NCBI GenBank assembly: GCA_052035955.1
Contig: JBPOHD010000005.1
Coordinates: 11,709-75,708 of the forward strand
Direction of reading: 5' to 3'
Source: Pseudomonadota bacterium
Lineage (GTDB): Bacteria > Pseudomonadota > Gammaproteobacteria > Burkholderiales > Rhodocyclaceae
Length of the DNA: 64,000 bases
The position numbers and the translations under genes were made by a program. The notes under the pieces were generated by a model that was not told the origin of the DNA, ran no database searches, and was given only the letters and a program-made list of their open reading frames with translations. Each line of letters opens with the position of its first letter. The stretch's first letter is position 1. Positions 20,294-29,901 of this stretch are shown in pieces.

Positions 20294-20620
20294 CCTGCCT
20301 GCGGCCCGATTCTTCAACGCAAAGGCGCGAAGGCGCGAAGGACGCGAAGAGAGGCATGACCCTGAAAACCTCGGTCACACCACCAGGACACCAAGAACAC
20401 CAAGGGACACCAAGGAAAGCGAAGGCGAATGCCAATTGCCCGCCAGGTGAAGCCCGGGCGACTCGCAATGGGCTGTTCCCGGTGCGACCGGGTGCCCTTG
20501 GGGCCTTGGTGGTGAGGAGTTTGGGATGAAGTCGAGGCGCGCGAGGCAGGCCGGGCGGTCCGTGATGGCCACGAACCTCTGCCCGTCGAACCGGATGCCT
20601 TTGCGCGCACCTTTGCGCCT
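20294..20620. repeat. Structured intergenic region with nested inverted and direct repeats (gcaaaggcgcgaaggcgcgaagg ... cctttgcgcgcacctttgcgcctttgc; caccaccaggacaccaag ... ccttggggccttggtggtg)
   Basis: Seen directly. The outer arms are ~25-30 bp and lie ~270 bp apart. The inner arms carry reiterated ccaagg/ccttgg motifs. No coding potential. Confidence 0.6.
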
Positions 20621-23600
20621 TTGCAGTCGATCTTGGCGGTATTGGAGCGTCACGGCATGGTGAAGAAGAACGACGACGGCCGCGCCTCGCCGGCCCGGTC
20701 CGGCGGCCGGACCCCGACGCGGCCCATCGCCCAGGCCGGCGCCCGCGGCGGCCCCCGGCTGAAGCCGGCCGCCCGCGAGGTGGCGCCGCCGCAGGTGGGC
20801 TGGGTTGCGGCGCCCGGGCCCCAGGACCTGGCCGGCATCCTCGCCCGGGCCGTCGGCCTGCACCAGGCCGACCGGCGGGAGGAGGCCCAGGGCCTCTATC
20901 GCCAGGTGCTGGCCGTGGCCCCCGACCACGTGGACGCCCTGCACCTGATGGGGGTGGCCCATTGCCAGGCCCGGGAGTTCGACCAGGCCCTGCCCTTCTT
21001 CGAGCGGGCCCTGCGCCTGAAGCCCGATTTCGCCGATGCCCACAACAACCTGGGCAAGGCCTACAAGAGCATGAACCGGCTGGCCGATGCCGAGGCGGCC
21101 TTCCGGCGGGCCACGGAACTGGCGCCCGGGATGGCCGAGGCCTGGACCAACCTGGGCCGCCTGAAGCGGCGCCAGGGCGACATCGAGGGTTCCGTCGCCT
21201 GCTACCGCCAGGCCCTGACCGCCGGCTCCGGCGACGCCGAGGCCCACCATTTCCTCGGGGTCACCCTGAAGGATGCCGGGCGCATCGACGAGGCGATCGC
21301 CGAATACCGCCGGGCCCTGGAACTCAATCCCGAGTATGCCGAGGCCCTCAACAACCTGGCGGCCGCCCTGCGCGACAAGGGGGACCTCAAGGGCGCCATC
21401 GAGACCTACGAGCGGGCCGTCGCCGTCAAGCCGGACTTCGCGGCCGCCCTGACCAACCTGGGCAACGCCTACCAGGAGGCGGGCCGGATCGACGACGCCG
21501 TCGAGCACCACAAGCGCGCCATCGAGCTGCAGCCGAACCTGGTCGAGGCCCACAACAACCTGGGCGCCCTCTACATGGGCGAGGAGAAGGCCGAGGAGGC
21601 GGTGGCCTGCTTCGAGCGGGCCATCGAATGCCAGCCGGATTTCGCGCCGGCCTGGAGCAACCTGGGCAACATCCGGGTCGGCCAGGAGCAGATCGAGGAG
21701 GCCCGCCGCTGCTACGGCGAGGCCCTGCGAATCAAGCCGGATTTCGTCGAGGCCCTGACCAACCTGGGCAACCTGCTGCAGGATTTCGTGAGCCTGGAGG
21801 AGGGCCTGGCCAGCTACGAGAAGGCCCTGGCCATCAACCCGAACTTCGCCGGCGCCCGCTTCGGCCACTCGCTGGTCAAGCTGATGATGGGCGACCTGAA
21901 GGCCGGATTCGCCGAGTACGAGTCCCGCTGGGAGGGCTCCGACCAGGCCAGGAAGGTGAAGCCGCCGCGCTTCCCCTGCCCCCAGTGGAAGGGCGAGCCG
22001 GTGGGCCGCGATGCCCGCATCATCGTTTACTACGAGCAGGGGTTCGGCGACACGATCCAGTTCTGCCGCTACGCGCCGCTGCTGCTCGAGCGCTTCGGGC
22101 ACGTCAGCTTCGTGGTCCAGAACGAACTCTACCGCCTGGTGCAGCAGAGCATGGGCGACCGGGTGCGGGTGATCCCCGGCGAGCATGCGCAGCCGGCGGT
22201 GCGGGAGCGCTACGACTTCCACTGCCCGGCCATGAGCCTGCCGATGGCCTTCGGCACGGACCTGGCGACGGTACCGGCCCAGGTGCCCTACCTGTTCGCC
22301 GGCCGAGCCGCCGCGGCGGCCTGGCGCGAGCGCCTGGCCGGCGAGCGCCGGCCCCGCATCGGCCTGGTCTGGTACGGCTCCCGGGGATTCCGCGGCGACC
22401 GCTATCGGAGCATCGCCCTGGAAACCTTCCGCCCGCTGCTGGAGCGGGACGACGTGGCCTGGGTCAGCCTGCAGAAGGTGCGCCCCGACGGACCGGTGCC
22501 GGCCGAGCTCACCGACCACCTGATCGACCCCATGGGCGAGGTCAAGGATTTCGCCGATACGGCGGCGCTGATGGGGGAGCTGGACCTGGTGGTCTGCGTC
22601 GATACGGGCGTCGCCCACCTGGCCGGGGCGCTGGGCCGGCCGGTCTGGATGCTGAACCGCTTCAACAGCGAGTGGCGCTGGATGCGTGGCCGCACGGACA
22701 GCCCCTGGTATCCGACGATGCGCATGTTCAAGCAGGAAAAGCCGGCCGTCTGGGAACCCGTGCTGGCGGAAGTGGCGGCGGCCCTGCCCGAATGGCTGGC
22801 CTCCCGCGGGCCGCGCATCGTCAGGACTCGGCCGGATGCCAGGCCCTTCCAGCCGGCCGCCGTCGAGGTGGTGACGGCGGACCGCTACCAGCTGGCGGGG
22901 GCCGGCGGCGCCTCGCGCAGCGACCACGTGCAACTGGTCGCCGGCCCGGGTACGGTGGCCGCCGCGGCCCGCCGGCGGGCCGAGACCGAGGCGGCCCTGC
23001 AGGCGGGATTCGCCGCCCACCGGGCCGGCCGCCTGGAGGAGGCCCGGGCGGCCTACCGCAAGGTCCTGGACCTGGACCCCGAACATCCCGACGCCTGGCA
23101 CCTGACCGGCGTCATCCACGGTGCCCGCAAGGAGCACGAGCCCGCCATCGCGGCCATCCGGCGGGCCCTGGCGGCCAAGCCCGGCGACCCCGTCTACCTG
23201 GGCAACCTGGGCATCGCCCTGGCCGGCGCCGGCCGCCATGCCGAGGCCGCCGAGGCCTACCGGGAGGCCCTGGCGGGCGATCCCTCGGCCTCGGGCATCG
23301 CCTACAACCTGGGCAATGCGCTGACCGAGGAATACCGCTTCGAGGAGGCGGTGGGGGCCTACCGCAAGGCCATCGAGCTGCGGCCCGACTACGTGGCGGC
23401 CTGGCTCAACCTGGGCAACGCCCTGCGCGAGAAGGGTGCCTTCGACGACGCCCTGGCGGCCTACGGCCGGGTCCTCGAACTGTCCCCGGGCCATGCCGGC
23501 GGCCTGCTGAACCTGGGCAACCTGCGCCGCGAGCTGGGCGAGCCGGCCCTCGCGAGGGATCTGCTGCGCCAGGCGCTGGACACCGAGGCCACCAACTACC

Positions 23601-24652
23601 GGGCCTGGAACAACCTGGGCAGCGCGCTGCGCGAGCTCGGCGACCTGCCGGGCGCCCTGGACGCCTACCGGCGCTGCCTGGAAATCGCGCCGGACCATGC
23701 CGAGGGACGGCTGAACCTGGCCATGGCCCTGCTCGCCGCCGGCGACTTCGGCAACGGCTGGCGGGAGTACGAGTACCGCTGGGAAGGCGCCGCGGAGGCG
23801 AAGCGGCACCGTCGCCAGTTCCCCATGCCCCAGTGGCGCGGCGAACCCATCGCCGGCCGCTCCATCATCCTCCACGCCGAGCAGGGCCTCGGCGATGCCC
23901 TGCAGTTCGTCCGCTATGCCGAGCGGGTGGCCCGGCGAGGGGCGCGGGTGATCCTCGAATGCCATCCGCCCCTGAAGCGCCTGTTCGACCTGCTGCCCGG
24001 CATCGAGCGCGTCGTGGCCCAGGGCGAGGGGCTGCCGGTCACCGATTTCCACTGTCCCCTGATGAGCCTGCCCCTGGCCTTCGGCACGCGGCTGGAGACC
24101 ATCCCCGCCGCGACGCCCTACCTCTGGGCCGATCCGGTCCTGGTCCGGCGCTGGGCGGAACGCCTGGCCGGCGACCCGCGGCCCCGGGTGGGCCTGGTCT
24201 GGGCCGGCAATCCGCGGCGCAGCGACCCGGGGGCGCACCTGATCGACCGCCGGCGCAGCCTGGGCATCGCGGCGCTGGCGCCGGTGCTGGCCGTGCCGGG
24301 CCTGCGTTTCCTGAGCCTGCAGAAGGGGGAGGGGAGCGCCGGCCTGCCGGCCGTGCTGGAGGATCCGACGGCCGACCTGCACGATTTCGCCGACACGGCG
24401 GCCCTGGTCCGCAACCTGGACCTGGTGATCACCGTGGACACCTCCGTCGCCCACCTGGCCGGCGGCCTCGGCGTCCCGGTCTGGAACCTGTCCCGCTTCG
24501 ACGCCTGCTGGCGCTGGCTGATGGACAGGGAGGACAGCCCCTGGTATCCGACCATGCGCCTGTTCCGCCAGCCCGCCTACGGCGACTGGCCGTCGGTGAT
24601 CGCCCGGGCGGCGGCCGAGCTGGCCGACTGGCGCGACCGCTTCCTCCCGTGA
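20621..24652 (+). CDS. Internally duplicated TPR-repeat protein with two heptosyltransferase (GT9)-like C-terminal domains
   Basis: Two modules, each with ~8-10 TPRs followed by a domain carrying the motifs Q/EqGfGDtiQFcRY, hCP.MSLP.AFG, and CVDTGVAHLAGALGRPVW.L.RF...WRWM..R.DSPWYPTMR.F.Q. The true start may be the downstream ATG at ~20657 (MVKK). Confidence 0.75.
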   Translation: MQSILAVLERHGMVKKNDDGRASPARSGGRTPTRPIAQAGARGGPRLKPAAREVAPPQVGWVAAPGPQDLAGILARAVGLHQADRREEAQGLYRQVLAVAPDHVDALHLMGVAHCQAREFDQALPFFERALRLKPDFADAHNNLGKAYKSMNRLADAEAAFRRATELAPGMAEAWTNLGRLKRRQGDIEGSVACYRQALTAGSGDAEAHHFLGVTLKDAGRIDEAIAEYRRALELNPEYAEALNNLAAALRDKGDLKGAIETYERAVAVKPDFAAALTNLGNAYQEAGRIDDAVEHHKRAIELQPNLVEAHNNLGALYMGEEKAEEAVACFERAIECQPDFAPAWSNLGNIRVGQEQIEEARRCYGEALRIKPDFVEALTNLGNLLQDFVSLEEGLASYEKALAINPNFAGARFGHSLVKLMMGDLKAGFAEYESRWEGSDQARKVKPPRFPCPQWKGEPVGRDARIIVYYEQGFGDTIQFCRYAPLLLERFGHVSFVVQNELYRLVQQSMGDRVRVIPGEHAQPAVRERYDFHCPAMSLPMAFGTDLATVPAQVPYLFAGRAAAAAWRERLAGERRPRIGLVWYGSRGFRGDRYRSIALETFRPLLERDDVAWVSLQKVRPDGPVPAELTDHLIDPMGEVKDFADTAALMGELDLVVCVDTGVAHLAGALGRPVWMLNRFNSEWRWMRGRTDSPWYPTMRMFKQEKPAVWEPVLAEVAAALPEWLASRGPRIVRTRPDARPFQPAAVEVVTADRYQLAGAGGASRSDHVQLVAGPGTVAAAARRRAETEAALQAGFAAHRAGRLEEARAAYRKVLDLDPEHPDAWHLTGVIHGARKEHEPAIAAIRRALAAKPGDPVYLGNLGIALAGAGRHAEAAEAYREALAGDPSASGIAYNLGNALTEEYRFEEAVGAYRKAIELRPDYVAAWLNLGNALREKGAFDDALAAYGRVLELSPGHAGGLLNLGNLRRELGEPALARDLLRQALDTEATNYRAWNNLGSALRELGDLPGALDAYRRCLEIAPDHAEGRLNLAMALLAAGDFGNGWREYEYRWEGAAEAKRHRRQFPMPQWRGEPIAGRSIILHAEQGLGDALQFVRYAERVARRGARVILECHPPLKRLFDLLPGIERVVAQGEGLPVTDFHCPLMSLPLAFGTRLETIPAATPYLWADPVLVRRWAERLAGDPRPRVGLVWAGNPRRSDPGAHLIDRRRSLGIAALAPVLAVPGLRFLSLQKGEGSAGLPAVLEDPTADLHDFADTAALVRNLDLVITVDTSVAHLAGGLGVPVWNLSRFDACWRWLMDREDSPWYPTMRLFRQPAYGDWPSVIARAAAELADWRDRFLP

Positions 24653-24709
24653 GGCCGTCGCTGCCCCGGAATTCCCTGCCGCCGCCAGGGGCGCCTCAAG
24701 CCCCGGGCC

Positions 24710-24715
24710 TATAAT
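24710..24715 (+). promoter_or_regulatory. Candidate -10 box TATAAT within ggcctataatgccg, upstream of the FecR-domain gene
   Basis: Perfect TATAAT 35 nt upstream of the GTG start. The same extended motif, TATAATGCCG, recurs upstream of argS. The -35 is weak. Confidence 0.35.
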
Positions 24716-24750
24716 GCCGTTATCCAACCATTCCCCCGTGGAGGCATGCC

Positions 24751-26082
24751 GTGGGTATGCGTGACCGAATCCTGATCCTTTCCCTGGCTGCGCTGCCGGC
24801 GGCAGGCGACGTCCTGGCCGAAGTGGCCCGGGCCGACTTCGTCAACGGTCCCGTCGCGGTGGTCGGCGCCGACGGCGGTCGCCGCGTCCTGGTCAAGGGC
24901 GGCGAACTGAACAATGGCGAACTGGTGGCCACCGGCGACGGGCGGACCCAGCTGCGCTTCACCGACGGCGCCCTCGTGGCCCTGCAGCCGCGCACGGAAT
25001 TCAAGGTGGACGAGTACCGCTTCAGCGGCGCCAGCGACGGATCGGAGCGGGGCCTCTTCAGCCTGTTCAAGGGTGCCCTGCGGACGGTCACGGGCCTGAT
25101 CGGCAAGGGCAAGCGGGACAACTACCTGCTGCGTACCGAGGTCGCCACCATCGGCATCCGCGGCACCGAATACACGGCGGAGCTGGAGAACGGCTTGCGC
25201 GTCACCACCACGGCCGGCGAGATCGAGGTCTGCAACCAGGCCGGGTGCACGCCGGTCGGGGCCGGGCAGTCGGCCTACACGCCCAATTCGACCACCAAGC
25301 CCGCCTATGCGACGGACAAGGTCAGTGCCGGGCCGACCCCGCCGCCGCCCGATCCCAAGCTCTATCCGGAAAAGCCGGCCGTCGCCGTGCTGACCTCGGG
25401 AACGGGCTACGCGGTGGCATTCTCCGGCTACGACGTCTCGACGCCGCCGCCCATCGGCTTCGTCGGCCATTCCACCGACGCCACGGCCACCTACGACGAA
25501 CTGGGCGGCCTCTCCGGCTTTGCCTCCCCGAGCGGATCCCTCGGCGCCGTCAGCGCGACGCCGGCGGCCCATGCCGAACGCGGCACCGACGGCAGCGGCG
25601 TCATCGCCTGGGGACGCTGGGCCAGCGGCAGCTTCAACGGCGTGCCGGTCAGCCAGTTCCACTACGTGGCGGGCGTCCCGACCCCGGCCACCGCCCTGGG
25701 CGAGCTGATGGGCCTGAAGACCACCTACACCCTGATCGGCGCCACCTCCCCGACCGCCGCCAGCGGCGCGGTCGGCGGCCTGGTCACCGGTTCCCTCACC
25801 GTGCAGTTCGGCGCCACCACGACGACCGCCGCCCTGCTCAGCATTCCCATCGCCGGCGGCAGCTTCACCCTGTCCGGGTCCGGCATCACCGGCTTTCCCG
25901 CCTTCAGCGGTTCCGGCCTCAGCCTGACCTGCGGTCCCTGCCCGGCCGGCGCGACGCCGGGCACCGGCGCCGTGGGCGGCATGTTCTTCGGTCCCGCCGC
26001 CTCCCACGCGGGCCTCAACTATCTCTTCAACGGGGGGGCCACCCTGGGCGACGTGACGGGTGCGGCCGCCTTCCGGCGCTAG
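24751..26082 (+). CDS. FecR-domain secreted protein with a Gly/Ser/Thr/Ala-rich C-terminal region
   Basis: GGAGG RBS lies 7 nt before the GTG start. The N-terminus MRDRILILSLAALPAAGDVLA looks like a signal peptide without a lipobox Cys. The central region has the FecR-like motifs QLRFTDGALVALQPRTEFKV...LFSLFKGALRTVTG...TIGIRGTEYT. Confidence 0.7.
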   Translation: MGMRDRILILSLAALPAAGDVLAEVARADFVNGPVAVVGADGGRRVLVKGGELNNGELVATGDGRTQLRFTDGALVALQPRTEFKVDEYRFSGASDGSERGLFSLFKGALRTVTGLIGKGKRDNYLLRTEVATIGIRGTEYTAELENGLRVTTTAGEIEVCNQAGCTPVGAGQSAYTPNSTTKPAYATDKVSAGPTPPPPDPKLYPEKPAVAVLTSGTGYAVAFSGYDVSTPPPIGFVGHSTDATATYDELGGLSGFASPSGSLGAVSATPAAHAERGTDGSGVIAWGRWASGSFNGVPVSQFHYVAGVPTPATALGELMGLKTTYTLIGATSPTAASGAVGGLVTGSLTVQFGATTTTAALLSIPIAGGSFTLSGSGITGFPAFSGSGLSLTCGPCPAGATPGTGAVGGMFFGPAASHAGLNYLFNGGATLGDVTGAAAFRR

Positions 26083-26086
26083 CAGG

Positions 26087-27412
26087 ATGCGGACGACCAT
26101 GAACACGACGAGACTCCTGGCCGCCCTGGCGGTGGCCTTGGCCTGTACCGGGCAGGCCCGGGCCGATGCCCGGACCGACGAGGCCCGGCGGCTGATCGAG
26201 GCCGGGCAGGGCGCCCAGGCCTATGCCCTGCTGGTGCCGCTGGAAAGTGCCCGGGCCGGCGAGCCCGAGTTCGACCTGCTGCTCGGCATCGCCGCCCTGG
26301 ACGCCGGCGAGGGGACGCGGGCCGTCTTCGCCCTGGAGCGGGCGGTGACGGTGCAACCGGAAAATGCCCGGGCGCGGGCGGAACTGGCCCGGGCCTACCT
26401 GGCCGTCGGCGAGACGGACGCCGCCCGGCGCGAGTTCGAGCGGGTGCGCAGCCAGCCGGTGCCGGCCGAGGTGAAGGGCACCATCGACCGCTTCCTGTCG
26501 GCGGCGGACCGGCTGGACGACAAGACCCGGCCGACCCTGCGCGGCCATGTGGAACTGGCGGTCGGCACCGACAGCAACGTCAATAGCGCTTCCGCCGGCC
26601 AGAGCCTGGCCATTCCCGCCTTCGGCGGCATGCCCGCGCTGCTCGATCCCCTCAGCGTCCAGACGGGCGACAAGTTCCTGGCCCTGGGCGGCGGCCTCCG
26701 TTTCCGCAATCCGGTCGGCAACGGGCTGTCCCTCACGGCCGGACTGGGCGGGAGCGTCCGCCACCATCCGACGGACGAGATCTGGGACCTGGGCAACGTG
26801 GACGGCAACGCCGGCCTCCTCTGGGAGAGCGGCGCCGACAGCTGGTCCCTGGCCTACCAGCACAGCACCCTGCGCCTGCAAAGCGATCGTTACCGGGCCG
26901 CCAACGGGGTCGGTGCCCAGTGGCAAAGGCAGTTGGGGCCGGAGGACCAGGTCGCCGCCTTCCTCCAGTATTCGCGGCTCAGCTACCCGGCCCAGGACCT
27001 GCGCAACGCCGACCGCTGGGTGGCGGGCGGCGCCTATGCCCACGGCTTCGGCAACGGCCTGACGGCCTTCGCCGGCGCCTATGCGGGAACGGAAAGGGAG
27101 CGCTCGGACGCCGTGCCCCACCTCGGGCACCGCCTGGCCGGCCTGCGCCTGGGGGGCGAGTACTCGCTGACCGCCGCCGCCGCGCTGTTCGCCAACCTCT
27201 CCTACGAGGGCCGGCGCTACGGCGGGACGGAGCCCCTGTTCTTCGAAGCCCGGCGCGACCGCCAATGGAACCTCCAGCTCGGCGCCAACCTGGGCCTGGC
27301 CCGCAACTGGCTGCTGACGCCGCAGTTGAGCGCGACCCGCAACGAGTCCAGCATCGGGCTCTACGATTACCGGCGGCGGGTGGCGTCCCTGAACCTGAGG
27401 CACGATTTCTGA
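26087..27412 (+). CDS. Outer-membrane TPR + beta-barrel protein, Slam-like (DUF560 family, surface lipoprotein assembly modifier-like)
   Basis: Signal peptide MNTTRLLAALAVALACTGQARA. About 130 aa of TPR-like helices follow. The C-terminal ~300 aa have the alternating pattern typical of a beta-barrel and end with the aromatic terminus LNLRHDF. It starts 5 nt after the stop of the FecR gene. The listed 26060 start overlaps the upstream gene; ATG 26087 or 26099 is more plausible. Confidence 0.55.
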   Translation: MRTTMNTTRLLAALAVALACTGQARADARTDEARRLIEAGQGAQAYALLVPLESARAGEPEFDLLLGIAALDAGEGTRAVFALERAVTVQPENARARAELARAYLAVGETDAARREFERVRSQPVPAEVKGTIDRFLSAADRLDDKTRPTLRGHVELAVGTDSNVNSASAGQSLAIPAFGGMPALLDPLSVQTGDKFLALGGGLRFRNPVGNGLSLTAGLGGSVRHHPTDEIWDLGNVDGNAGLLWESGADSWSLAYQHSTLRLQSDRYRAANGVGAQWQRQLGPEDQVAAFLQYSRLSYPAQDLRNADRWVAGGAYAHGFGNGLTAFAGAYAGTERERSDAVPHLGHRLAGLRLGGEYSLTAAAALFANLSYEGRRYGGTEPLFFEARRDRQWNLQLGANLGLARNWLLTPQLSATRNESSIGLYDYRRRVASLNLRHDF

Positions 27413-27460
27413 CCCGGCAGCGGGTCGCCGGGCGGTCCGGGTCGGCGACCGGTCGCCCGC

Positions 27461-27466
27461 TATAAT
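27461..27466 (+). promoter_or_regulatory. Candidate -10 box TATAAT within gctataatgccggc, upstream of argS
   Basis: Perfect TATAAT 42 nt upstream of the argS ATG. It shares the TATAATGCCG core with the 24710 site. Confidence 0.35.
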
Positions 27467-27508
27467 GCCGGCTCCGCGGCGGGTCGCCCGCCCAGCACAA
27501 TCCCAACC

Positions 27509-29278
27509 ATGAATCAGGATCCCAAGGCCTACCTGGCGCAACTGCTGACGGCCGCCCTCGGGCAGGTCGCCCCCGGCGCCAGCGCCGACATACAGCTCGA
27601 GCGTCCCCGGGACGCCACCCACGGCGACTTCGCCTCCAACCTTGCGCTGCAGCTGGCGCGGCCGATGAAGGCCAATCCGCGGGAAGTGGCGGCCCGACTC
27701 GTCGCCGCGCTGCCGAAGTCGGAATGGGTGGCCAGGGCGGAGATCGCCGGGCCGGGATTCATCAACTTCACCCTCGCCGGCAAGGCCAAGACCGGCATCG
27801 TCCGCACGGTGCTGGCGGCCGCCGACGACTACGGCCGCGGGCGCCTCGAGGGGCGGCCGAAGGTGCAGGTGGAATTCGTCTCGGCCAACCCGACCGGCCC
27901 GCTCCACGTCGGCCATGGCCGCGGCGCCGCCTACGGCGCCAGCCTGGCCTCCCTGCTGGCCTTCGCCGGCTACGACGTGGTGCGGGAGTACTACGTCAAC
28001 GATGCCGGCCGGCAGATGGACATCCTCGGCGTCTCGACCTGGCTGCGCTACCTGGAGCTGTTCGACGAGTACGTCCCTTTCCCGCCCAACGCCTACCAGG
28101 GCGGCTACGTGCGCGAGATGGCCGAGCAGATCAAGCTCGCCCACCAGGACCGCTACGCGCATCCGGCGGCAGCGGTGCTGGCCTGCGTGCCGGCGGCGCC
28201 GGCCCCCCGCGAGGACGGCGCCTGGACGGCCGAGGAGAAGGCCCAGCTGGAGGCCCACCTGGACGGCCTGATCGCGGCCGCCAAGGACCTGCTGGGCGAG
28301 GAATGGTCCTACGTGCACCAGCACGCCCTGACCGAGCAGCTGGCCGACTGCCGCGAGGACCTGGAGGGATTCGGCGTCCATTTCGACGTCTGGTTCTCCG
28401 AGCGCTCCCTCTACGACACTGGCATGGTCGGGCGGGCCGTGGCGGAACTGGAGCGGCGCGGCCACCTCTACGTGCAGGACGGCGCCAAGTGGTTCCGCTC
28501 GACGGCCTTCGGCGACGAGAAGGACCGGGTGGTGCAGCGGGAGAACGGCCTCTACACCTACTTCGCCTCCGACATCGCCTACCACGCCAACAAGTTCGAG
28601 CGCGGCTTCGCCAAGGTGGTGGACGTCTGGGGCGCCGACCACCATGGCTACATCCCGCGGGTGAAGGGGGCCCTGAAGGCCCTGGACCTCGACGCCGACC
28701 GGCTCGACGTGGCCCTGGTCCAGTTCGTCAGCCTGTTCCGCGACGGGGCCAAGGTCTCCATGTCGACCCGGGCCGGCGAATACGTCACCCTGCGCCAGCT
28801 GCGCGAGGACGTCGGCAACGATGCCTGCCGCTTCTTCTACATGCTGCGCAAGTGCGACCAGGCGCTCGACTTCGACCTCGACCTGGCCAAGTCCCAGTCC
28901 ACCGACAACCCGGTCTACTACGTCCAGTACGCCCATGCCCGCATCTGTTCGGTGCTGGCCCAGTGGGCGGGGAACGAATCCGGCCTGGCCGGCGCCGACC
29001 TGGCGCCCCTGGCCCAGGAGCGGGAACTGGCCCTCTGCGCCCGCCTGCGGGAATTCCCGGAGATGGTCGCCGCGGCCGCCCGCGATTTCGCGCCCCATGC
29101 CGTAGCCTTCTACCTGCGCGAGCTGGCGGCGGAATTCCACGGCTGGTACAACGCCGAGCGCCTGCTGGTGGACGACGCGGCCCTGCGCGAGGCGCGGCTG
29201 GCGCTGGCCATTGCGGTGCGCCAGGTGCTCCGCAACGGCCTGCGCATACTGGGCGTCTCGGCGCCGGAAAGCATGTGA
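27509..29278 (+). CDS. argS: Arginine--tRNA ligase
   Basis: 589 aa. Carries the class I HIGH motif (PTGPLHVGHGRGAAYG). Length and overall sequence are typical of ArgRS. Confidence 0.9.
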   Translation: MNQDPKAYLAQLLTAALGQVAPGASADIQLERPRDATHGDFASNLALQLARPMKANPREVAARLVAALPKSEWVARAEIAGPGFINFTLAGKAKTGIVRTVLAAADDYGRGRLEGRPKVQVEFVSANPTGPLHVGHGRGAAYGASLASLLAFAGYDVVREYYVNDAGRQMDILGVSTWLRYLELFDEYVPFPPNAYQGGYVREMAEQIKLAHQDRYAHPAAAVLACVPAAPAPREDGAWTAEEKAQLEAHLDGLIAAAKDLLGEEWSYVHQHALTEQLADCREDLEGFGVHFDVWFSERSLYDTGMVGRAVAELERRGHLYVQDGAKWFRSTAFGDEKDRVVQRENGLYTYFASDIAYHANKFERGFAKVVDVWGADHHGYIPRVKGALKALDLDADRLDVALVQFVSLFRDGAKVSMSTRAGEYVTLRQLREDVGNDACRFFYMLRKCDQALDFDLDLAKSQSTDNPVYYVQYAHARICSVLAQWAGNESGLAGADLAPLAQERELALCARLREFPEMVAAAARDFAPHAVAFYLRELAAEFHGWYNAERLLVDDAALREARLALAIAVRQVLRNGLRILGVSAPESM

Positions 29279-29898
29279 TGGCGAAAAATCCAAGACCGGC
29301 GGCCCGCCCCGTGCCGACCCGCAGGAGCCGCGGCGGTACGCTGCTCGGCATCTTCCTTGGCCTGGTGGTCGGCGTGCTGATCTCCTTCGGCGTCGTCTGG
29401 TACCTGAACAAGACGCCGATTCCCTTCCAGAACAAGACGGGACGTCCCGAGGCCGGCAAGGCCGCGGAAACCAAGGCGCCGGACGGCAAGGCAGCCGACG
29501 GCAAGGCGGTCCCGGCGCCCCAGGCCCTGCCCGGCAAGCCCGGCGACAAGGCTCCCGGGGCCCCCGGCGAGGGGGACCGCCCGCGTTTCGAGTTCTACAA
29601 GATCCTCCCCGGCGGCCAGGACGCCGCGCCGGCGCCGGCCGAGAAGGCCCCGGCGGCGGCCGAGATCCTCTTCTTGCAGGCCGGAGCCTTCCAGAAGGCC
29701 CAGGATGCCGACAACCTGAAGGCGAAGCTTGCCCTGATGGGCGTGGAAGCCGGCGTGCAGGAGATCAACCTGCCCGACAAGGGCGTCATGCACCGGGTGC
29801 GGGTGGGTCCCTTCGCCAAGCCCGAGGAAATGAACCGGGTGCGGAACCAGTTGGCCCAGGGCGGCATCCAAACCACCGTCGTCAAGAACAAGGACTGA
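29278..29898 (+). CDS. SPOR-domain cell-division-associated membrane protein (FtsN/DedD-like)
   Basis: The ATG overlaps the argS TGA (atgtgATGgcg). One TM helix is followed by a Pro/Ala/Lys-rich linker and a C-terminal SPOR domain (LQAGAFQKAQDADNLKAKLALMGVEA...HRVRVGPF). The listed ORF 27724..29898 is the same frame read through argS. Confidence 0.75.
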   Translation: MAKNPRPAARPVPTRRSRGGTLLGIFLGLVVGVLISFGVVWYLNKTPIPFQNKTGRPEAGKAAETKAPDGKAADGKAVPAPQALPGKPGDKAPGAPGEGDRPRFEFYKILPGGQDAAPAPAEKAPAAAEILFLQAGAFQKAQDADNLKAKLALMGVEAGVQEINLPDKGVMHRVRVGPFAKPEEMNRVRNQLAQGGIQTTVVKNKD

Positions 29899-29901
29899 TC
29901 C

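Noticed and set aside
20375-24727. 1,450-aa reverse-strand ORF and the 1,250-aa alternate-frame ORF 20962..24714
   Set aside because: They are antisense or out of frame relative to the TPR-GT9 gene, whose translation has clear TPR and GT9 motifs. Both are low-complexity.
26027-29293. 1,088-aa reverse-strand ORF spanning the Slam-like gene and argS, and ORF 27724..29898
   Set aside because: The forward frames encode recognisable ArgRS and SPOR proteins. The reverse and alternate frames have no motifs.
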